Below, in pieces: positions 52,621-64,000 of a stretch of 64,000 nt of DNA. This DNA is from Octopus sinensis (lineage: Eukaryota), in NCBI RefSeq assembly GCF_006345805.1, contig NC_043002.1, positions 29,822,001 through 29,886,000 of the forward strand, read 5' to 3'. Below the pieces are notes generated by a model that ran no database searches, had not been told where the DNA came from, and saw only the letters and a list, made by a program, of their open reading frames with translations. The position numbers and the translations under genes are program-made. Within the stretch, counting starts at the first letter, position 1; every line of letters begins with the position of its first letter.

Positions 52621-53344
52621 CATACATACATACATACATACATTCACACATATCTATAATATGCAACCGAACGTGTATTAGTTTATAATACTTAATATAA
52701 ATACATTGGAAAACAGCAAATTGTGAGCAGTATTCATCAGGAGAGATTATATATTATGGACTTAATGTAGTTAAAATGACTATTTCAGTAGCAAACGAAA
52801 ACCTTTCAACTGCAGCAGGTGAGAAAGCACAATACACATTTCTGCCTCATTACGCTTTATCAGTAGCATATAATTGCTGCTAACAACATGCTAAGACAAT
52901 ATCCTTCACTACCGCTATAGAAACAGTAATACCACAATCACTGGCGTTCCAGTTAGCCGTCAGTTGCATAGAAGGCCGTTATATGCAATTAGATATAAAA
53001 AAGAAATTCAGTTGTGTATCATACTTAATGTAAATAAATCGCGGAAAAGCAAATTTACTGCTGTATTTGCATCTTCTATAGACGTGCTGTATCTAAAAAC
53101 ACAAGCTATTTCGGTAGCAAACGAAATAGCTCATGTAATCTTTGCCAACTGCATGCTAAGATGAAGGTGCAACACAAACATCTATCTTTCTTCGTAACAA
53201 ATCAAAATTTCTAGAATTTTTGGCTTATATATAGAAAAGTAATGTGTGTATATGGTGTTACTTTATTTGGGTTTTTGTTCGCCCTTAGAAGAATAATTTT
53301 CCCAGATTCCAGCTTGTGCGCAAATTGCGATGATTATTCTAAAT

Positions 53345-53600
53345 AAGCTGTTCTCAACCGGTGTCCATATGGGACTTGATGGTGTATGTAAGATTGTAAT
53401 ATTAAAATTTATGTGCAATATATTGCTTATACTTCTAAACTACACAAACACCAAATTTTAATGTTTTGTTTTTATATAATTCATAATATTTCGTTAGAAA
53501 GATACAGTCGAATTTTTTTTTTTTTATGTAGTTCGAATGCGTATGGAAGTACTACAGAATAAAATCGAAATCAAAAGGCAAAACGGGTTGAGAAACATTG
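53345..53600. mobile_element. Old hAT (Charlie-like) MITE
   Basis: Ends AAGCTGTTCTCAACC and GGTTGAGAAACATTG. Degenerate 8-bp TSD TTCTAAAT / CTTTAAAT. Confidence 0.65.
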
Positions 53601-54749
53601 CTTTAAATAGTGATTATTCTGTTAGTTTTACAGCTTATGTTGGATGCAAATGGTTGACGTGTTCCTGTTTTTCTTATGTATATTTGTTTAGTTGGGTTAT
53701 TCATTTGGCTAGTTGTGTCCCTTTTGCACTTATATAAAGCAGTAATGCGTAATTTCAGCAGCCACATTTATTGTTTGATATTTTATCTTTTATCTATCAC
53801 TTGTTTCAGTCATTGAACTGCGGTCATGCTAGTGCACTGTTTGAAGGGTTTTAGTCGAATGAATCAACCCTGGTACTTATTTTGAAATCCTGGTATTCAT
53901 TCTACTGGTCTCTTTTGCCGAATCACTCAGCAGAGAGGATATAAACGAACCGAACCAGTAACCGTGCAGTTGGAAAGTAAGAGTCTTACCACACAGCCAC
54001 GTATGCAATTTTTAGAATTTATCTCTGTATGAAGTGTTTTATATTTTTAGATGTACTCTATGCGGCGCTGTTTTGTTCTGGAAGGGAGACAATACTACTT
54101 CCAATATTTATCGTTATTCCTATGTCGGTGTTTTTTCTTCTTATTTTTTTCTTCTTATTTTTTTCTTCTTCGTTTTACTTTAAAGTCCCATGTATTATTC
54201 TGGATTATTTGTAAATGTCGTTATTCATATCTTTCGGATAGTTTGAAAACTTTCGAAATCTCCCTTGTAATTGATTTAAGATCCGCATTGAACAGCTTCG
54301 CAACCACTGTCATTCTCTGATAGAGTTCTCAGATGCACTGAAAAATATTTTCGTTTATCAAGTAAACATCGTTTGAGAAGTGTACTTGTGGTGAACCTTG
54401 TTTCCTTTTTTATATATATATATATATTCAGAATCATAATCAATCATCATATTCACAGTGAAGAGTTAGCATCAAAACAATGACTTATAGATTCGAACAT
54501 GAATAAACTTACCGCTGGCATGTGTCGCCACAAGATAACAACGTCATTCAGACAAATATGTATTCATGACACACACCATTAATTTGCGTAGAAGGAGTGG
54601 AAAAGCATTCATCTGAAAGAAGTAGTTTTCTTGTGAGAAAAAACAACAGTGATTAGCATATTTACGTTCGAATCTACCAGACGGCATAAAGAATGAATAT
54701 GCAAATAATCGTATATCCAGTATCAGTTTGTTCTGTAACTTTTTTCGTT

Positions 54750-55155
54750 TATCTTTTGCTTGTTTCAATCATTAGACAGCGGCCATGCTGCAGCACCACC
54801 CTCAGGAAGTTTCAGTGGAATGAACCGATCCCAATAATTATTTCTTCTTTTAAGCCTGATACTTATTCTATCGGTCCATTTTGTCAAACCGCTAATGTCA
54901 CGGGGACGTGAACAATCCATCACCGGTTGTCAGGTGATGGTGGGAAGAAACACAGACACAATGATGTACACACACACGCGCACACAAGAGCAACACACAC
55001 AAACACTCACTCTCGTGTATACAAACGACGGATTCTTTCTGTTTCCGGCCCGAGACTACAGTAGAAGACAATTAACCAAGGTATCACACAGTGGGCATGA
55101 ACCATACCCATGTGGTTGGGAGACAAGCCTCTTACCACACAGCTACGCCTGCGCT
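54750..55155 (-). mobile_element. SINE family B copy
   Basis: Tail, central (CA)n and head are present. Further partial copies at 35780-35970(+), 49400-49555(-), 51535-51645(+), 53785-54005(-), 55985-56120(-) and 57520-57755(+). Confidence 0.82.
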
Positions 55156-56157
55156 AGTATATTCAATTTTTTTTTTAGACATAAGGGTAGCATTTGAGGA
55201 AGAGTTAGTTGCATTTTCGTGCAAGTCAGCCCTGGGGAGAATTTTCTTCTCTTGTTCGTAAAAACGCTGTGAATAAAAAATAAAAGTCGACAAGAAGAGT
55301 TTAAGAAATGCAAAAAAGAAACTTTATCTTGATTTAATAACACACCACCTGGTAATAATTAATGACGTTTGCATTTAATGATTTATAACTTTTACTATAG
55401 CTGTGATGTATGATGAATGGGATAAAATTATTACAAAAAGTAACAAGAAACTTATAGAAAAGAGCAGATTTACAAGAGGGAAGAAAACTTGATATCCTTG
55501 TATTAAGATTTTTCTCCTGGGGTACGTTTTCACCGGATTATATTAAAATAGCATCATTCGAGAAATGAACCCCGCTCGCTGAGTTGATATTCACTTATAA
55601 AATGGCCTTGAATGGATATTGCTTCCGAACGATTTTAGTAGCTATTTTCACAATTTCGAACAACGAAAGTCAAATGCATTCTTGCTCTGCATAGCATTTC
55701 AGAAATGGTTGTATATAAAATGATATACCAGTGTGCATTAAAACGAGCTTTCTGCATAAGCCTAGAGAGCTTCAAATACCTAACAAATATCCCTCGGATT
55801 ACTCCCAATCGTATTTAGAAAAGAATGGGCGCATTACGTAATGTAGTTTGTCTAATGTGTGTATGTCTGTAAAAATAAAAAGACTGGAACGTCAGAGATG
55901 ATATATAAGTATATAAATATAGTTGAAAAGTCCATACAAATCAAAAATTGTAGTTAAACTTTTTTCAACGATATATATATTCACTTTTACTCTTTTACTC
56001 GTTTCAGTCGTTTGACTGCAGCCATGCTGGAGCACCGCCTTTCGTCGAACAAATCGACCCCAGGATTTATTCCGTGTAAGCCTAGTACTTATTCTATCGT
56101 TGACTTTTGCCGAACCGTTAAGAAGCCCGTCGTATATATTTATATATATATAATAAA

Positions 56158-56551
56158 CTAGCAGTATCGCCCGGCGTTGCTCGGGTTGTAAGGGAAATAA
56201 TTATATAAGCATTTTTAGAGAGTTATAGCAAAAAAATAGCAAAAAAATGCATTAAAAATTGAAAAAAAATGAAGGTAATTTTTTTTTTAAATCGTTGACA
56301 CATCGTAGATATTTTTAGAGAGTTACTTCCCTTATATAAAAGCGAAAAAATGCATTAAAATGGAAAAATATGATGGTAATTTTCTTTTAAATCGTAGACT
56401 CATCGTAGACGCGCGCTAACACCCGGAAGGGCTCGATATGAATCACGGCTAAAATATACCCGCTTTTGGTTAAACTGCACCGCAAAATGTGGGAGTAGTT
56501 ACGAATCTAAATCGTAGGAGACAGACACACAACTTCACTCTTATATAAAGA
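56158..56551 (-). mobile_element. Non-autonomous Helitron
   Basis: Minus strand A|TCTTTATATAAG start and CCCGAGCAACGCCGGGCGATACTGCTAG|T end, with an internal ~110 bp tandem duplication. Confidence 0.87.
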
Positions 56552-56552
56552 T

Positions 56553-56881
56553 GCTTTTTTTTTTCAGTCATAGAGTTAGATTTATGAAGGTCTTCAGTAG
56601 AAAATCCTTCGAATTCTGACTCGCTGCTTGATATAATGAAATTCGTATCCATTTTTTGTCAGAATTACAAATTTTGAAAACACAATAGGAACAAATTTCG
56701 GAAAAAAATCTCCCATAATTCACGGAATTAAAATTACACTTCGATTTTTGTACAAAACTGTATTTGAAGTGTTTACGAAGTATAATACGTGTTTTCACGA
56801 ATGTACTAAAGAGATTTACTCTGATATTCTCATTTAAATATGAATAGGTAAATTCGGGCGGTTTGGTAACGAAAGGGTTTA
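56553..56881 (-). mobile_element. piggyBac-like 5' end remnant
   Basis: Minus strand TAAA-CCCTTTCGTTACC (decayed TTAA-CCC terminus), followed by an acidic start MDTNFIISSSESEFEGFSTEDL. Truncated at the Helitron. Confidence 0.5.
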
Positions 56882-58150
56882 TATAAGTGTCGTCTGTTTA
56901 TACATAAACACTGTTTCATACTTTCAGTTTAGTCTTCCTCAAATCACTCTGTCGCTATTTACTCTCTTCCAAGAACATTTTCACTCACTCTTATCTGTTA
57001 GCTTGCCATACATTTTACTCATGTATCTATCAGCGTGATAGACAGAAACAAATATTACATCTAGTTTCACTTTATTCGTTGCACACTGTGTGTGTGCGTT
57101 TGCGTGTGCTGTAAACCAGACTAAGAAAAGCATTTGACATACACACCAGAATGTGAGTTTTCTGTAAATTTTGCTTGATTGGAGTTTAAATTTTAAAAAC
57201 TGGACCTGGCAAAACCCGATGCATTCTACTCTTAAAAATGCTAGGTAAATTGTAATTGAAGAAATCCTATATTGTAGATTTATATAACTGAAAAAGGGAG
57301 GCAGATAAAATCTGCCTTTTATAATAAGAGATAATATATGTGTGTGTATGTGTGTGTGTATGTGTGTGTGTGTGTATGTATGGCTATTTGGGTGCAGGTC
57401 GTCACCAACTGTGTAAACAACAGGAAATACGTAGACAAACGAGTTAAATATGTAAACAACGAGAGAAAAATAAAACGGTAAACAGGACAAGTAATCACAG
57501 AGAAACGAACCGTCATCGTGTGTGTGTGTGTGTATGTTTGTGTGTCTGTGTTTGTCCCCCACCATCGCTTGACAACCGATGTTGGTGTATTTACGCCCCC
57601 CTGTAACTTAGCGGTTCACCAAAGAGATCGATAGGCTAAAGTACTAGGCTTATAAAGAATAATTCCTGGGGTCGATTTGTTCAACTAAAGGCCGTGCTCC
57701 AGCATGGCTACAATCAAATGACTGAAACAAATAAAAGAATAAAGGAATAAAAAAATACTTAGTTATATTTTTAGTTCATGTGTGCTGCCCAATTTTGATA
57801 AAATATAAGGACCACAATTAGGAAAGGTTGCGAAGCACTGGTAGAGTCCAGCCAGGGAAAAACTGCTTTATGTTGAGTCGCTTGGCCTGTTAGAAATTGT
57901 AATTAAACGTTCTTTGTATCACTCCACCCCAATATCTTAAAAAGAAAGAGAGCGAAGATGCAATGGGGGGGGGAGGGTCACTGTTGGATTGCCTTTTAGT
58001 CATAAGTCTATTTGATCAGAACTCCGGGATTAAGCAAGTACTACTGTGAACAAACAAGGAGCCACTAAACGGCTGTTCGATCAGATACAAATAGCAACCA
58101 GATTCGATTTAATTATATTCCTTACGCGGTGTTTCACGTAATTATTGCTG

Positions 58151-58237
<87 letters not shown>
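58151..58237. repeat. (CTA)n microsatellite
   Basis: Perfect trinucleotide tract. Confidence 0.97.
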
Positions 58238-58495
58238 TTGTAGATGCTGTTGAAAGACCACACGTAAATAGACTGACGCATAGGATAACATAGCTCTTGG
58301 TATCTAAAGAGGAACAAACTTAGTCTGGATTGTCACGGTTGTAAAGCTTTTGACCAAGGGTCTGTTCGACTATGACATACACGGTTAGCGGGCGTTAAAC
58401 TACCACCACCACTAAAACTACTACTATTACTACTGCTGCTGCTACTGATGTTAACTACTACTACTACTACAACCGATACTGCTACTACTGATGTA

Positions 58496-58528
<33 letters not shown>

Positions 58529-59070
58529 ACTATAGCAGCTGTTGTGGAGATAGCATGCGTAAATTAGTATGACTAAAAAGTTAGTAGCAACTGTCTCCCT
58601 TGAGGCCCTGCTCTTTTCTCATTTCCGTTGTATGGGTGACAGTGGTCTTAGAGGTGGAGGTGCTGATCGCTGGCTGTTGTGGCTACTACGGTAGCATGCT
58701 AGGAGGTGTGGAACTGGTGCTGGCGATGGTGGTAATGGTTATTGTGCTTGAGATTGCTGTTGTTGTTGAGCTGATGATGGTGGTGGTAGTGATTATTGTA
58801 GATATTGATAATACAATTAGTATAGTGCTTGTATAGTAGTGGTGGTGGTGGTGGTGGTGGTGACTGATAGTTGCGGTGGTTGTGGGGTAGTGGTTGTGTT
58901 AGTGGCAATGGTGACACATGTAATAGTAGTATTAGTATTATTAGTAGTAGTTCTGGTGATGGTGGTGGTAATCACCAAAATATTACCCAGTGTCACCATC
59001 TGTATGAAACATAAGCTGTCAAGTTGCCAAGGTCATTCTTAATGTAGCGATGGGAGAAAAAAGGAAGTGC

Positions 59071-59603
<533 letters not shown>

Positions 59604-59907
59604 ATATTTATGTATACGTATATATATATATATGTATGTGTGCGTGTATATATGTTTGTCTCCCTCCATCACCACCCTTTGACAAACGATGCTGGTGTGT
59701 TTATTTCCCCGTAACTTAGCAGTTCGGCAAAAGCTCCGATAAAATAAGTATTAGGCTTCCAAAAAAAAAAAAAAAACTACTGTGGTCGATTTGCTCGACT
59801 AAAAGCGATGCTCCAGCATGACCGCAGTCGAATAACTGAAACAAAAGAATATATCAATTGATGGTAGTGGATAAATAATAACTAATAATAACTAAATAAT
59901 AACTAAT

Positions 59908-60337
59908 CTTTTTTACTCTCGGCAGAAGCCCGAAATGTTTGAGAAGGAGTCCAGTCGATTAGATCGACACCAGTACGCAAGTGGCACTTAATTTATCGAC
60001 CCTGAAAGGATGAAAAGCAAAGTTGACCTAGGCGGAATTTGAACTCAGAAAGTAAAGACAGACGAAATACCGCTAAACCTTTCGCCCGGAGAGCTAACGT
60101 TTCTTATTTCTTTATTGCCCACAAGGGGCTAAACATAGAGGGGACCCACAAGGCCAGACAAAGGGATTAAGTTAATTACATCGACCCCAGTACGCAACTG
60201 GTACTTAATTTATCGACCCCAAAAGAATGAAAGGCAAAGTCGACCTCGGCGGAATTTGAACTCAGAACTTAACAGCAGACGAAATACCGCTAAGCAGTTC
60301 GCCCGGCGTGTTAACGTTTCTGCCAGCTCACCACCTT
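59908..60337 (-). mobile_element. SINE family A dimer with two different tails
   Basis: Full unit 60337-60105 fused to a head-truncated unit 60103-59908. TAATAACT on both flanks. Confidence 0.85.
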
Positions 60338-60714
60338 AGTTAATAACTGCTAATAACTGGTGTGTTTGTTTGTACTCGTGGTAGCGGTGGTGGTAATATG
60401 GTTGTGGTAGAATTAGTGATTGTTGCTAGAATACAAACTCAATTCAAAACTAATTTAGTAACCCCACAGTCAAATGTTTTCGTCCATCCATGACCATCCC
60501 ACCTGATTCCTATATGCAAGCATCCCAGGACTTCAGTATCCAATCTGTTATTTTCTAAGATGCTGAGGTGTGATTACACAATAATTTTATTGATGTTTTT
60601 AGCCAGCTCAACTGACCACGTAGAAGTTCTCTCTCTGGGGTTTCTACTGTTTGTATTGGTAACTTAGTACTGTAGTAAAGATGTTATAGTTTTCTTTGTT
60701 TAACTGGTGTTGGA

Positions 60715-61675
60715 TGATGGTGGTCATACTGGTGGTGGAGGGAACGGCAGCGGTGGTGGTAGTGGTGTGATGTTGGTGGTAGCGGTGTTAGTGCTGGCGG
60801 TGCAGGTGATGTAGGTAGCGGCGTCGTTGGTGGTTGTCGTGTTGGTGGTAATAGTGTGATGGCGGTGGTGCTGGTGCTGATAGCGGCAGTGGTAGTAGTG
60901 TTAGTGACGTGATGGTGGTGGCAGTGGTGCGGATGGTGCTGGTTGCAGCGGTGGTGGTGATGGTGGTGGTGGTAATGATGTGACTGTGGTAGTGTGCTGT
61001 TAGTGGTGGCGGTGGTACAGATGGTGCTGGTAGTGGCGGCAGTGGTGGTATTGGTAGTGATATGATGATCGTAGTGATCTGATAGTAATGGTGTGTTGAT
61101 GGTGGTGGTAGTGGTGGTGCTGATGGTGCTGGTAGCGGCAACGTTAGTGGTGGATGTGGTGGTGGTGGTGGTGGTGGTGGTGATGGTGGTGGTGGTGGTA
61201 GTGGTGATGATAATTACAGAAATTTGGTGACCTCAGTAGCGTTGATAGTGTCCTCAGTAAGTGTATAAGTAATGCTAATAGTTATAGCAGTAGTACCGGT
61301 GCTAGTAGAGAAGGTATTGATGTTAGTAATGGTGGTAGTATGGATGCTAACAGCGGCTGCAAAAGAATTTTGTAGTGGCTCCGATAGACATAGGTGATGG
61401 TGGACATGACGGTAAAGAAAGTAACTGTGATGAGGGTGGTGGTATCAGTGATATTATTGGTGAGTGGTGCAGTGGCTGAGGTAGTGCGGATGGTAGTGTT
61501 GATAGGGATTTTGATTGTAACGGGATGTCAGTATTGGTTAATGCAATGGTACAATAAGACTGGACAATTGTGCGGGGGAAAGGGTGGATGGCTTTTGTAC
61601 AGATAATCATGATGGGCGTGGTTGGAAGTGTTAATGGGGGAGGATGTAGTAGTAGTAGTAGTAGTAGTGATGGCG

Positions 61676-61711
<36 letters not shown>

Positions 61712-61924
61712 GTGATGATGGTGGTAGTAGTAATAGTAGTAGTAGTAGTAGTGATGGCGGTGGTGGTGGTAGTAGTAGTAGTAGTGATGGCGGTGGTGGT
61801 GGTGGTGGTAGTAGTAGTAGTGGTGATGGCGGTAGTGGTGGTGGTAGTGGTGGTAGTGGTAGTAGTAGTAGTGGTGATGGCGGTAGTGGTGGTGGTAATG
61901 GTGGTGGTAGTGGTGGTGGTGGTG

Positions 61925-61960
<36 letters not shown>

Positions 61961-62900
61961 GTGTATTTGTTGTTTAGCCTAAGGTCACTCTGACTGTGGG
62001 AGACCGGTGATTAGTAACATTCTAGTGATGAACTGTTTCCTTTCCGGGTATCTAGGAATTTCATTGCGTATTTAGTATGGCCTTCTCTTTTTAATACAGA
62101 ATATTATTTGAGGGAGGTTTCGTTGATATATCACGCGGATAAAGTGACCGCGCATAGGGTACCTTATGTTGATGGGGATAATGTTGATAGCACTATGCTT
62201 CTCTGTGCTGAAACAACACAATCATAATGCTCGTATGACTATAATTGTTGTTATCTGTTTGGGAGTGGTAATGATAATATTTGGTGGTATCGGTGCTAGC
62301 ATTAGGGGTGGTTGTAGTGTGTGTGGGCGTTGATGGTGGTAGTAGCGTTGATAGTGGAGTGATGTGGAGGTTGACGTTGGTGTTGATAGCCCTTCCTTCT
62401 ATTGTTAATTAACATTGAGATTCTATCGGTGTTCATATTGGATGTGCTATTAGTATCGGTTTTAATGTTTGGTATTGTTGCTGTTGTTGTTGTTATTGGT
62501 GGTGGTGGTGGTGGTGGTGGTGGTCGAGGTGTTGTTGTTGTTGTTATTGGTAGTGGTGGAGGTGTTTTTGTTGTTGTTGTTAGTGATAGTGGTGGTGGTG
62601 ATTGTAGTGGATGTGACATTTGTGCTAGTAGCACTTACTACTTTTAATTAACTTTAGGACTATTCGTATTATTGTTGTTGTTATTAGTATAGTTGGTATT
62701 GCCTTTAGTATTTAAAAGTGGTGATAGACTTGGTGTTGCTGTTGTTGCTGTTGTTGATGGTGGTGGTAGTGGTTGTGGCGTCTACGTCAGCATCAGGGGA
62801 CAGAGTGGGTAGCACGTTGATGGTGTTGGCGGTAGTGGTGGTCGTGGTGCTGGAAGTATGGTGACCGCTTAAACAGTTGGTCATTTCCGTTGGTGTCAAT
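60715..62900. repeat. (GGT/AGT/GAT/GTT)n low-complexity domain
   Basis: Degenerate trinucleotide field, G/T-rich on the + strand. Similar fields at 39850-40570, 47300-48780 and 58690-58970; opposite polarity at 7214-8290. Confidence 0.9.
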
Positions 62901-63284
62901 GTATAGGTCAATATAAAGGCTGAACTGTCAACTAATACATTACTAGTGACGACCTCAATGACTGACATGGACGACGGTCAGTTGGCGTGTGTGGTAGTTG
63001 AGACACTCCGCGCAGGTGCCAGTCTAGTACACTTAGACAAGTCAGGTGACAAGTAGGGCAGGTGTCACTCAACAGTAAGTACAAACCAACAACTGCTTAC
63101 TAATAAAACTGTATTCCCTCTTCTCTTCTTATACTCCGCCCCAAAGTAACACAGCAACAAAAACAACGACGACAATAATTATTTCTAATTGAAGCAAAAG
63201 ACCAATAATTTTCATAGGAGTGGGTATCATTAGCTGATTAATATGTACTGCGATACCATCAGCTATCAACGCGAACTTCAATAA

Positions 63285-63670
63285 ACATCGACCCAACACT
63301 AGACGGGAACTTTATTTTATCGATTCCACGGGGGTGAAAGGGATTCTTTTAACAGAGAACGTAAAATAACGGATCAAATATTACAAGGCATATTGTTCGA
63401 TGCTCTGACGATTTTCATTTCTTTTTATTCCCACAAGGGGCTTAAACATAGAGGGGACAAACAAGGGCAGATAAAGGTTTTAAGTCGACTACATCGATCC
63501 CAGTGCGTAACTAATACTTAATTTATCGACCCCGAAAGAATGAAACGCAAAGTCGACCTCGGCGGAATTTGAACTCAGAACGTAAAGACAGATGGAACCG
63601 CTAAGCATTTCGCCCGGCGTGCTAACGTTTCTGCCAGCTCACCGCCTCGATGCTCTAAAGATTCTGCCGA
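63285..63670 (-). mobile_element. Young SINE A (63414-63647) nested in the head of an old SINE A
   Basis: TSD CGATGCTCT(GAC/AAA)GATT at 63398-63413 and 63648-63663. The old copy continues on both sides. Another remnant lies at 63800-63870. Confidence 0.85.
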
Positions 63671-64000
63671 ATGATTACAGAGTCGTCTGATGAAAGGGAC
63701 ATCACAAGGACTTGTTCAACCTATGCTCTAACAATCCTATCAGTTCGCCAATAATAGTAGTAATTGTTTCTGAGTTAAGCACCTTAACTCAGATGGATAC
63801 TTTATATTATCAACCCCGTAACAATGAAAAGCAAAGTTGATCTCGGTAGGAATTGAACTCAGAACTAAAACGCAAAGAGCCGAAGAAAAACTGTAATATA
63901 TTTGACGCGGAAGCGATTCCGCCCAATGATTTCTTTAATTGCCAGAGGAGAACATTTAATTTGCCAGATGGGGCAAAAATTACAAGAAGAAATTACAAAT

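Noticed and set aside
61570-61977. Gly/Ser-rich ORF as a structural protein exon
   Set aside because: It is a pure GGT/AGT repeat with all frames low-complexity and no splice support.
63687-63720. CTGATGAAAGGGAC as a hammerhead
   Set aside because: No downstream GAAA or pairing stems are visible.

Overview
This is eukaryotic, repeat-saturated, AT-rich non-coding DNA. The SINE families and the extreme microsatellite load suggest an octopus (coleoid cephalopod) genome; that assignment is inference. I find no host protein-coding exon, rRNA, true tRNA or CRISPR array, and almost all ORFs in the track are translations of microsatellites. Protein-coding signal comes only from transposon remnants: a ~7 kb pile of R4/Dong-like RLE non-LTR fragments in (TAA)n tracts; two Penelope-like (GIY-YIG) 3' fragments; a young 5'-truncated RTE LINE with an uninterrupted ORF ending in three C2H2 fingers plus a 13-bp TSD; an older RTE; CR1/L2-group 3' ends; and Tc1/mariner and piggyBac remnants. 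Non-coding mobile DNA includes hAT and mariner MITEs, two Helitrons and many tRNA-derived SINEs. A 2.3 kb duplication around a 100-N gap is probably an assembly artefact. The best leads are (1) short (TA)n-embedded elements carrying hammerhead-ribozyme motifs, including one family with a possibly permuted hammerhead, (2) a LINE/SINE pair sharing a covarying 3' stem-loop, (3) the triple-zinc-finger RTE, and (4) short unique islands dense in transcription-factor motifs. All alignments and folds were done by eye.
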